A stretch of DNA of 64,000 nucleotides from Rhynchopus sp. YZ270_cl-10 (taxonomy: Eukaryota), in assembly GCA_964035575.1 (NCBI GenBank), contig OZ037833.1:1426001-1490000 (forward strand), written 5' to 3'. The notes under the pieces are model-generated. The model was not told where the DNA came from. It worked only from the letters and a program-made list of their open reading frames with translations, and did no database searches. The translations under genes and the position numbers were made by a program. Positions within the stretch are counted from its first letter, which is position 1; the number at the start of each line of letters is the position of its first letter. Below, piece after piece: positions 1 to 9,327 of this stretch.

Positions 1-74
1 ACAAAACAAAAACAAACATACCATACATACCATACATACACAGTGGTTACCACTGTGATGTGGGTTATTAAAAA

Positions 75-205
75 CAGAGGTCGGAGCGAGCCTCTCAATG
101 TCAGAGGCTTCAAAGCATTTCACGAGAAAACTCGCCCCTGTCCTTCTTCATCACTATCACTTGACCGAACACTCCCTGCAAGGAAGCCTGTAAAAGGCGA
201 TGCTT
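75..205 (-). ncRNA. Unknown ~130-nt structured snRNA-like RNA (RNA-3), copy 1
   Basis: AAGCAU/AUGCUU closing helix, CGCCUUU/AGGGGCG stem, AGCCUCU/AGAGGCU hairpin; ends in the TGTTTTTA seen after U3/U4/U5; 5' end uncertain. Confidence 0.45.
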
Positions 206-255
206 AGGCAACAACACAGACACAGGGGGGGTGCTGGGTGGGAAAATATAAAAAA

Positions 256-580
256 GGGTGCTTGCGTTGTGTGCTGGATCGGGACCACCAGTAAACTGGC
301 AGCCCCACATCCAGTTCTAATATTTGAAGTGTGAAATAGAACGCAGTCAGAATTAGTGTTACACGCTAATGTAAGAATAATCATCATGGGTAATATTCTG
401 TACGAACGTACGGGATTTACATCATATGAAAGTAGTTCCGCCTTGGGCCATATCAGGCCCAACAGCAGGACCGCATCATAAAAATTGTAAAGAATTTTCT
501 TAAATAGAAAGGTCTTTTCAAGTTTTAGCTGTTGCTGAACGAGTTGTTTGGTTTCGAAGTAGCACACTAACTTAGCACCC
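256..580 (-). ncRNA. Unknown ~325-nt RNA (RNA-1 variant A), copy 1
   Basis: Starts 24 nt after the U6/SRP-type upstream element; 5' GGGUGCU..GUGUGCU pairs with 3' AGCACAC..AGCACCC; T6 follows. Confidence 0.7.
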
Positions 581-604
581 AAACATAGGGAGAGTATGGG
601 AAAA

Positions 605-640
605 CAAGACAGGGTTGTCTTGTTGGAGGTGGGTCAGGGT
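605..640 (-). promoter_or_regulatory. Upstream element shared by U6, SRP and RNA-1 (CCTGACCCAMCTCCAAC...CCCTGTCTTG, ending at -25)
   Basis: Same motif at 8265, 15540, 16251, 16840, 17572, 18161, 43042, 45492 (-) and 21805, 53568 (+), at fixed spacing from RNA starts. Confidence 0.75.
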
Positions 641-701
641 GACACACACTTTGTACATGCATCATATGTGTGAATGTTTTTTCTCATGGTGACGTAAAAA
701 A

Positions 702-814
702 GGCCAGTCTCTTTCGAGGCTGGCCATGTTTGACAAAGTTGTGTGAGAAGAATATAATCTTCATGCTTCCATACCAATGAAGTACAGAAACTGTAGCTTT
801 AGAAATCGTTGGTT
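702..814 (-). ncRNA. SL RNA: Spliced leader RNA
   Basis: Exon AACCAACGATTTCTAAAGCTACAGTTTCTGTACTTCATTG|GTATG, euglenozoan ACAGTTTCTGTACT core, Sm-like AACTTTG, 3' hairpin, T6. Confidence 0.95.
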
Positions 815-1137
815 GCCCTTTTTCTCTACAATGTTCTAGGTACCCACTTGTTCTGGGAAGCCTTCTGCCAATGTCTATAATACGGTTGCTTTTTCGTACC
901 TGACATCTTGGTCACTGTGAAGGTTCTACATAAAAATATCCTTAAGTGTGATCCTACAGAAGGATATTCGACAGAGTCAACAGTGGCTTCTGAAGGGGAA
1001 CAAGTGTCACAAATATGGTTTTGCAGGCGATATAAAAATGGGGTGCAGTAAGCACTTGTGCATTAGGTCAGGTGTGAATTGGGTGTGTTTTTGGGTTTGC
1101 TTCTTGTGCACAAAGACAATCGTGCTAACGTAAAAAA

Positions 1138-1250
1138 GGCCAGTCTCTTTCGAGGCTGGCCATGTTTGACAAAGTTGTGTGAGAAGAATATAATCTTCAT
1201 GCTTCCATACCAATGAAGTACAGAAACTGTAGCTTTAGAAATCGTTGGTT
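1138..1250 (-). ncRNA. SL RNA: Spliced leader RNA
   Basis: Same 40-nt exon and GTATG donor. Confidence 0.95.
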
Positions 1251-4200
1251 GCCTTTTTTCTCTACAACGTTCTGAGTACAGACGTGTCCTGGGAAGCATG
1301 CCAGTAGTGTAAAAAATATGATGGTTTTTTTGTACCTAACATCTTGTACACTGAGAAGGTTCTGCACAAGTGGAAGCCTATATAAGGATATTCATAAGAG
1401 TCAAAAGGGGCTTCTGAAGGGGTATATGGGTAGTATGAGCTCATATGAATCCATTAAAAGCGTCTATGGCATGATCTAAGCATCACATAATTTCTGAAAT
1501 CAATACCAACCACAATTTACGGCTATTTTTCCAGCAATAGCCGTATCATGGCTTATAACCATACCTAAGGATGTCCAATATGCTGGAAAAGTTAATAATC
1601 TTGGGTATATAGGGTTTTTGGGCACATTTGAGTCAATTGCGGGGTCTTACGATTTAATCTGAGCATCACACATATCCTAATCACCTATATAATCGAAAAA
1701 CACATACAAAATGACCTACATAGCCGTAAAATGACCCAAATGTGCATATTCGGGTTGAAATTTCATTTTTTCGGAAAGTTTTTTTTTCTCACCAATTACA
1801 TGGGTGAGTTCCGAGTACATTATGGGGTCGTAAGTTTTTATTCAAGCATCACACATTATGTAGAATAATTTATGCCATACAATGTTACCAAAAAAAGTCG
1901 ATTTTTGGTCACTTTTTCAAAAATATGAAAATTCGATTTTTGGGTACTAGATAGGTCTTTCCGGTGCAAAAACGACCGTTAAATGGATTCTCCGGGGTCC
2001 TAAGGCCCCAAAAATCACTTTTGGACACACGGGCAATATCCCAGTATACCCTAGGAAATTGGTGGGAACCCAAAAATTGGCCTCAAAATCCGACCAAAAC
2101 CAAGGTTTCTGTAGAGGTACATGTGAACCTCATGTGTGTTCTGGAGACCCATTTTGTTTTTAAAAGTGAATCTAAATAGCCAAAAATTTAAAACTCTTGT
2201 AGCGCATTCGGAATAGAGGGGGTATTCGCGAAAACCTGTGCGAAACATTTATCAATTCAGGTCTGACCCACATGGTCATGACCCCATATTTTGGGTGCGG
2301 AAAACACCCTATCTGTTGACCTACCGGCTTGTATGCCTGTATACCTGGTTGGGTCAACTTTTTGAAAATTTCCTGGGCCATATACCCTATTTGGGCCCCC
2401 TGAATCCATTGCGACATCGTTTTTTCACATCCGAGTGAAAACTAATATATAGGATAACCCATGGGTATGGGTACCTCGCTCAATACCCCTAAAATCAGTG
2501 CTTTTGAAAATGACCCTATGGAAAAATGTATCCAAAATATTGAAACATGTTCTCCTGGCATCTGCAACACGATATTTTGGGCCCCCTGGGCCCCGGGGGC
2601 CCTACGGGCCCCCATATTCGCGAAAAGTTGGGCATCCCAGCTAGTGGGTCGGTACTGGGTATACAAACATCCCCCCAAAAAGTGAGATTTTGACCCCCCA
2701 AAAATGGCCATTTTTTTACTCCCCGGGACCTTCTCAGGTGTGTATTCGGACCCTCTCGTGGTCTTAAACCGGATTTTTGGGGCCCCCACACCCTGGAATA
2801 CCCCCCATAGTGTCGTTTTTTCACCCGCAGGGCCGATTTTTTAGAAAAAATTTGGTTTTTAAGGAACAACATTTACCCTGCGACACCTTGAAAAACAGGT
2901 GATTTTTGCCTTTTTCAGTTGTGTGTGTGCAGTGCCGAATTCCCCAGGCTTGGTGAAAGTTGTGCCTCCAATACCCCTATGTGGGTTGGAAAAATCAAAT
3001 AAAGATAAAATTTTGAGGCAGCCTGGGGGTGTGCTATGGTAAACAATTTGTGTGTGTAAAAATACCCCTAAAAAACACCCTAAAAATGGCTGTTTTTCGC
3101 CTATTTTTGGGGGTCGCCTGAGCTATTTTTTTTATTGTTTTGGCTTTTCCTGGGACCTGAAAATAGGGTCCTGGGCCCAATATGTCCCAATGAGGCCATT
3201 GGAATATCGATATTTTCCAGATATGGGCCTCCTAGACAGAAATTTTTGATTTTGGTGTTGCAAAAATTTTCGAAAATCCTGAAAAGTGCCCAAAAACACG
3301 TAAAAACACGTGTATAGGCACACCCTATCGGCCCCCAGCATTGCCCAGGATTGTTGCAAATTTTCCCTGCATGGGGGCCCTCCGGGCCCCCTGGACCCAT
3401 TGCGACCCGATTGGTTCACATTCCTGGAAAATTTGGTCCCTAAGACACATACGTGGTTAACATACCCCTGAAAAACACCCTATTTTTGACCCTAAAAAAC
3501 ACCCTATTTTTGACCCTGAAAACATGATTTTAGCAAATAGGGCAACTAGTTTGGTGATCCAGCAACCGACTCATGGGCCCAGTATGTCCAACAGGGCCAT
3601 ATGTTTGGTAAATTTTACCGGGGGCAAGGGGATGTACAAAAAAAAGTGGATTTTTTACCTTAAAAAAATGGCCAAAAATAGGCCAAAAATGGCCATTTTT
3701 CGGCCATGTGACCCCCACAGCAACCCTATATAGACCCCCAAAAACCTAATATTTTTTTCCCAGCGATGTGTCCTGGGGGCCCTTCGGGCCCCCAGGACAC
3801 ATCGCAACCCCGTTTTTTGAGGTGGCCTGTAGGGTGACCCCTTCAAAAAGCTGGAACCCGGATTTTGGGGTCAGGGGTCCCTTTATGCACTTTTATGTAT
3901 AAAAAAATGTCTGGGGCGAGAAAATGCAAATTTTTGCCTGCAAACACACTGCATACTACGACAGGACCATATTCCATCTTATCAGGAAAAATTTCGGAGG
4001 TGTTAGTCATAAAAACAATTTAAAATTTTTTGAAAAAACATGAGATCTGGATAAAAGTTTTGACTGTACCTGTGGAAGGTGGGATTTTGCCTGTGTTTTG
4101 ACTTTTTTTTTCAGTAAATAAACTTCTACTCATCTCCGGAGGCCATCCGAGGTCGCAATTAACTCATTTTGACAATTTAGGGCCATATACCGCCCGTTTT

Positions 4201-4881
4201 TTCAAAAAGTTGAAAATTTTGGCCCCCAGGATTGGGTACAGCGTGTACTGAACCCTGATTTTCGAAAAATCTCAACTTTTGAAATTCGTCACTTATGGCA
4301 GCATGTATCTGACACCCGATTTTGACTTTTCCCGTGAATCCATTTTGGTGCATATACACTATCTGGCACCCCTGAGTCCATTGCGGGGTCGTTTTTTCAA
4401 AAAGTCGACCGGACTAATACCTAATATGACCCTGGGTATAGCGTACCGTCTCAGAAACACCCCAAAATCAGTGTTTTTGAAGGGTTGTCACAGCTAAAAT
4501 CGATGAAAAAATGTCAAAATCACTTTCCCGTGACCCAATAGCGTGAAATATGACCCATGTGGGCCCCCAGGACCTATAGCACCCCCAATAGGTCGATTCC
4601 ATGCATATTTCACACCCCCAGATATATGCGCCCATAGGGTGCCACACCCCAAAATCATGATTTTTACATGATTTTTGGCCGGATGCACTGACCAGCAGGG
4701 CCATACCGTCTACCGGGGCAACCATATTTTTGAAACATCGGCCTTGCATAGGGCCCAGTATGTCCCACAGGGTATATTGCCCCAGTATCAGGTCCCCGCA
4801 CAAGCCAAACCAATATTTTAAAATCGCTTTTTTTGAAAAAAATATTTTTCAAAAATAATCGTGATTTTTGGGATTTTGGTG

Positions 4882-6228
4882 ATTTTTACAGTTTTGCACA
4901 CCCTGAAAATCGATTTTTTCGGCTCCGCCGGTGAAATATCGACATAATTTAGGTATGTTATGTGCATAATATACCCATTAGAGCCCATTCAAGTCACATT
5001 CCGACCATTTTTCGTGAAAAAATGCAACTTTTTGTCACCGTGACCCCCAAAAATGACGATTTTTTGGTCGATTTTTTCGGCCAAAAATTTCGTACCACAG
5101 GGCCATACCATATACTGGGATTATCAACTTTTTGAAAATACGGCCTGGTATTCGGGTGTATATGTCCCATGGGGCCCATAGTAACCTTACTGGGTCATGC
5201 CCAAAGCCAATCTTAATAGTAAAATTCGATTTTCTGTGAAAAATATTTTGACCAAAAAATCGTCATTTTTCCGATTTTCGTCATTTTTACAGTTTTGCAC
5301 ACCCTGAAAATCGATTTTTTCGGCTCCGCCGGTGAAATATCGACATAATTTAGGTATGTTATGTGCATAATATACCCATTAGAGCCCATTCAAGTCACAT
5401 TCCGACCATTTTTCGTGAAAAAATGCAACTTTTTGTCACCGTGACCCCCAAAAATGACGATTTTTTGGTCGATTTTTTCGGCCAAAAATTTCGTACCACA
5501 GGGCCATACCATATACTGGGATTATCAACTTTTTGAAAATACGGCCTGGTATTCGGGTGTATATGTCCCATGGGGCCCATAGTAACCTTACTGGGTCATG
5601 CCCAAAGCCAATCTTAATAGTAAAATTCGATTTTCTGTGAAAAATATTTTGACCAAAAAATCGTCATTTTTCCGATTTTCGTCATTTTTACAGTTTTGCA
5701 CACCCTGAAAATCGATTTTTTCGGCTCCGCCGGTGAAATATCGACATAATTTAGGTATGTTATGTGCATAATATACCCATTAGAGCCCATTCAAGTCACA
5801 TTCCGACCATTTTTCGTGAAAAAATGCAACTTTTTGTCACCGTGACCCCCAAAAATGACGATTTTTTGGTCGATTTTTTCGGCCAAAAATTTCGTACCAC
5901 AGGGCCATACCATATACTGGGATTATCAACTTTTTGAAAATACGGCCTGGTATTCGGGTGTATATGTCCCATGGGGCCCATAGTAACCTTACTGGGTCAT
6001 GCCCAAAGCCAATCTTAATAGTAAAATTCGATTTTCTGTGAAAAATATTTTGACCAAAAAATCGTCATTTTTCCGATTTTCGTCATTTTTACAGTTTTGC
6101 ACACCCTGAAAATCGATTTTTTCGGCTCCGCCGGTGAAATATCGACATAATTTAGGTATGTTATGTGCATAATATACCCATTAGAGCCCATTCAAGTCAC
6201 ATTCCGACCATTTTTCGTGAAAAAATGC
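4882..6228. repeat. 401-bp tandem repeat, ~3.4 copies
   Basis: Identical ORF-track hits recur at 4994, 5395, 5796 (period 401). Confidence 0.95.
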
Positions 6229-6590
6229 GTCGGTGAACATGTTGGCGTTGGAGGGGATCGCTGTGAGGTACGCCCCGGACATGGGGAGGAGAAGGGACTT
6301 CATGCGGGCACGGTCCCTCGTGCTCAAGGCCAGCATGAGCTTGTCTGCCTGCGCATCAACAATAGCCGCCGCGAGCTTCTGCTGGAGCGGGAGCTGGGTG
6401 GGCTGGTCTGTGTTGAGCTTGTACTTCAGGTCCACTCGCTCGTTGAAGTCCGTCACAGCATGCTTCCATCTCAGGGCATCCCAGGCGTACAGTGGGTCCA
6501 GGGTTTGCGCCAGCTGGAAGTTCCCAGCTTGGGACGCAAGAGCTGCTGCTGACCAGTGATCCCGGGCTCTGCGTATCCCGAGACCGAGAG
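6229..6590 (-). mobile_element. Fragment of CRE/SLACS-like non-LTR retrotransposon ORF (region C-terminal to RT)
   Basis: GC-rich open frame LGLGIRRARDHWSAAALASQ...QQKLAAAI...DRARMKSLLLPMSGAYLTAIPS resembles GLGIR..AAxLAS and RARLxS....GAWLxAIP motifs; both ends truncated. Confidence 0.7.
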
Positions 6591-6878
6591 TTTTATTGCA
6601 TATGGTGATAATTTTGAGTACTCCTGATTTTTGGAGTTAAATAAAGTGGCTTTATGGGGTGGAATTTTACTTTATGGGGTGGATTCTTTCATTTTATGGT
6701 CAAAAACAGGGTGTATTGGTTGCAATTTTAACTTGTCGATTTTTTTCAAGTTTTTTTTGCATTTTTTGGGCCCAAAGACCCACTCAGGGGTCAAAAATTT
6801 CACGAAAAAAAAATTTTTTTTGTTGAAATTTTTTGACAAGGCGCTGGCCCATACAAAATGTACAGGGTGGGTTTTGTT

Positions 6879-7007
6879 ACAATCATCGCAAGTGCTCATG
6901 CTGCACATGCCCAACCTATGTCATCATCCAGCTTTGGTCTTGTGCCGAAGAAAACAATCTTCAACACGAATGCACTCAAAAACAGATCCTGTGTAGAGTA
7001 CAGTCTT
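6879..7007 (-). pseudogene. U3: U3 snoRNA, 3'-truncated copy
   Basis: AAGACTGTACTCTACACAGGATC 5' end, boxes C'/B/C; diverges from the full copy (44025-44234) just after box C. Confidence 0.8.
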
Positions 7008-7121
7008 GCCCTTGTTTGTTCCACCTATCGGCTGCACAGATGTCTACAGGGAGGCACATTGGTAGTGGTAGTTTTGGTGTGTTAGCTTTACGTGGTGTCT
7101 TTATGTTACCACCCCAACACA

Positions 7122-7136
7122 CTTCCCTGTTGACAT
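7122..7136 (+). promoter_or_regulatory. PSE-like CTTCCCWG..ACA element at about -47..-40
   Basis: Same position before U4 (7122), U2 (7417), U3 (7047-7054,-), SL (853-860,-), U5 (43914-43921,-), U1 (43727-43734,-). Confidence 0.65.
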
Positions 7137-7168
7137 AGCTTTGTGACAGGACTGGGAGAAAAGGAGGT

Positions 7169-7310
7169 ATTCTTGCGCTCGGGATAATTCCATAAGCAAT
7201 GACCAAATAGGGACGCTGTGGAGAGATTGCTGGTTGAAAACTACCCAATTCCCGCCATGGGCCGCTTCGGCGTTGCCACATTGGCAATTTGTGTAGCTGC
7301 TTCGGCGGCC
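7169..7310 (+). ncRNA. U4: U4 snRNA
   Basis: ATTCTTGCGC and TGCTGGTT complementary to local U6, K-turn AATGA..GA, TGAAAACT, Sm site AATTTGTG. Confidence 0.92.
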
Positions 7311-7463
7311 TTGTTTTTACTAATAAGATTGATCATCACCTTCACTTACTTCCCTGTGACATGGGTGTGTAATCTGCTTGCCTTGTTGTTTCCTAGTAAT
7401 ATTGATCATAATCATGCTTCCCTGTACATGGGTGTCGAATTCGGTATGGACTAAAAAGAAGTC

Positions 7464-7652
7464 ATACCTTCTCGGCCTTTTGGCTAAGATCAAGTGTATT
7501 ATCTGTTCTTATCAGCTTAATATCTGATACAGTGCCTTGTGCACTGATGATATTAACGCAATTTCTCATTGGGGTGACGGGTCGCCAGGGCAACCTGGTC
7601 CGTTCACACATGTTGCCCTGGAGCTGCACAACATCCAGGAGTGGCATACCCT
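7464..7652 (+). ncRNA. U2: U2 snRNA
   Basis: ATACCTTCTCGGCCTTTTGGCTAAGATCAAGTGTATTATCTGTTCTTATCAG. Confidence 0.96.
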
Positions 7653-7734
7653 CTTTTTTAACAAAACAAAAACAAACATACCATACATACCATACATACA
7701 CAGTGGTTACCACTGTGATGTGGGTTATTAAAAA

Positions 7735-7865
7735 CAGAGGTCGGAGCGAGCCTCTCAATGTCAGAGGCTTCAAAGCATTTCACGAGAAAACTCGCCCCTG
7801 TCCTTCTTCATCACTATCACTTGACCGAACACTCCCTGCAAGGAAGCCTGTAAAAGGCGATGCTT
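7735..7865 (-). ncRNA. Unknown RNA-3, copy 2
   Basis: Same sequence as 75-205. Confidence 0.45.
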
Positions 7866-7915
7866 AGGCAACAACACAGACACAGGGGGGGTGCTGGGTG
7901 GGAAAATATAAAAAA

Positions 7916-8240
7916 GGGTGCTTGCGTTGTGTGCTGGATCGGGACCACCAGTAAACTGGCAGCCCCACATCCAGTTCTAATATTTGAAGTGTGAAATAGA
8001 ACGCAGTCAGAATTAGTGTTACACGCTAATGTAAGAATAATCATCATGGGTAATATTCTGTACGAACGTACGGGATTTACATCATATGAAAGTAGTTCCG
8101 CCTTGGGCCATATCAGGCCCAACAGCAGGACCGCATCATAAAAATTGTAAAGAATTTTCTTAAATAGAAAGGTCTTTTCAAGTTTTAGCTGTTGCTGAAC
8201 GAGTTGTTTGGTTTCGAAGTAGCACACTAACTTAGCACCC
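7916..8240 (-). ncRNA. Unknown RNA-1 variant A, copy 2
   Basis: Same sequence as 256-580 with upstream element. Confidence 0.7.
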
Positions 8241-8361
8241 AAACATAGGGAGAGTATGGGAAAACAAGACAGGGTTGTCTTGTTGGAGGTGGGTCAGGGT
8301 GACACACACTTTGTACATGCATCATATGTGTGAATGTTTTTTCTCATGGTGACGTAAAAAA

Positions 8362-8474
8362 GGCCAGTCTCTTTCGAGGCTGGCCATGTTTGACAAAGTT
8401 GTGTGAGAAGAATATAATCTTCATGCTTCCATACCAATGAAGTACAGAAACTGTAGCTTTAGAAATCGTTGGTT
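8362..8474 (-). ncRNA. SL RNA: Spliced leader RNA
   Basis: 40-nt exon + GTATG. Confidence 0.95.
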
Positions 8475-8781
8475 GCCCTTTTTCTCTACAATGTTCTAAG
8501 TGCCAACATGTTCTGGGAATCATGCCATATGTATCATTATTATGGTGGGTTTTTTTTCTAACATAGCCGTAGAGTGGCTTATAAACATACCTAAGGATGC
8601 CCAATGTGCTCGAAAGTCCAAAAATCTTGGGAATACGGGATATTTGGGCTCATTTGAGTCAATTGCGTGGTCGTACAATTTAATCTGAGCATTACACATA
8701 TCCTAATCACCAAAATATTCGAAGAACATGGGAATCATGTGTGTTTTTTGGGTTTGCACAAGGTGATGTTAACGTAAAAAA

Positions 8782-8893
8782 GGCCAGTCTCTTTCGAAAC
8801 TGGCCATGTTTTGACAAAGTTGTGTGAAGAATATAATCTTCATGCTTCCATACCAATGAAGTACAGAAACTGTAGCTTTAGAAATCGTTGGTT
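8782..8893 (-). ncRNA. SL RNA: Spliced leader RNA
   Basis: 40-nt exon + GTATG. Confidence 0.95.
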
Positions 8894-9215
8894 GCCCTTT
8901 TTCTCTACAATGTTCTAGGTACCCACTTGTTCTGGGAAGCCTTCTGCCAATGTCTATAATACGGTTGCTTTTTCGTACCTGACATCTTGGTCACTGTGAA
9001 GGTTCTACATAAAAATATCCTTAAGTGTGATCCTACAGAAGGATATTCGACAGAGTCAACAGTGGCTTCTGAAGGGGAACAAGTGTCACAAATATGGTTT
9101 TGCAGGCGATATAAAAATGGGGTGCAGTAAGCACTTGTGTGTTATGTCATGTGTGAATCGTGTGTGTTTTTGGGTTTGCTTCTTGTGCACAAGACGATCA
9201 TGCTAACGTAAAAAA

Positions 9216-9327
9216 GGCCAGTCTCTTTCGAGACTGGCCATGTTTGACAAAGTTGTGTGAGAAGATATAATCTTCATGCTTCCATACCAATGAAGTACAG
9301 AAACTGTAGCTTTAGAAATCGTTGGTT
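9216..9327 (-). ncRNA. SL RNA: Spliced leader RNA
   Basis: 40-nt exon + GTATG. Confidence 0.95.

Noticed and set aside
186..205. GCCTTTTAC motif as a U5 snRNA gene
   Set aside because: No proper stem closes the loop and there is no Sm site. A convincing U5 is at 43760-43874.
256..580. RNA-1 as RNase MRP/P or TTAGGG telomerase RNA
   Set aside because: TGGGGCT lacks a GAAAGTCCCC partner and is tied up in a local hairpin. No CTAACCCT template is present.
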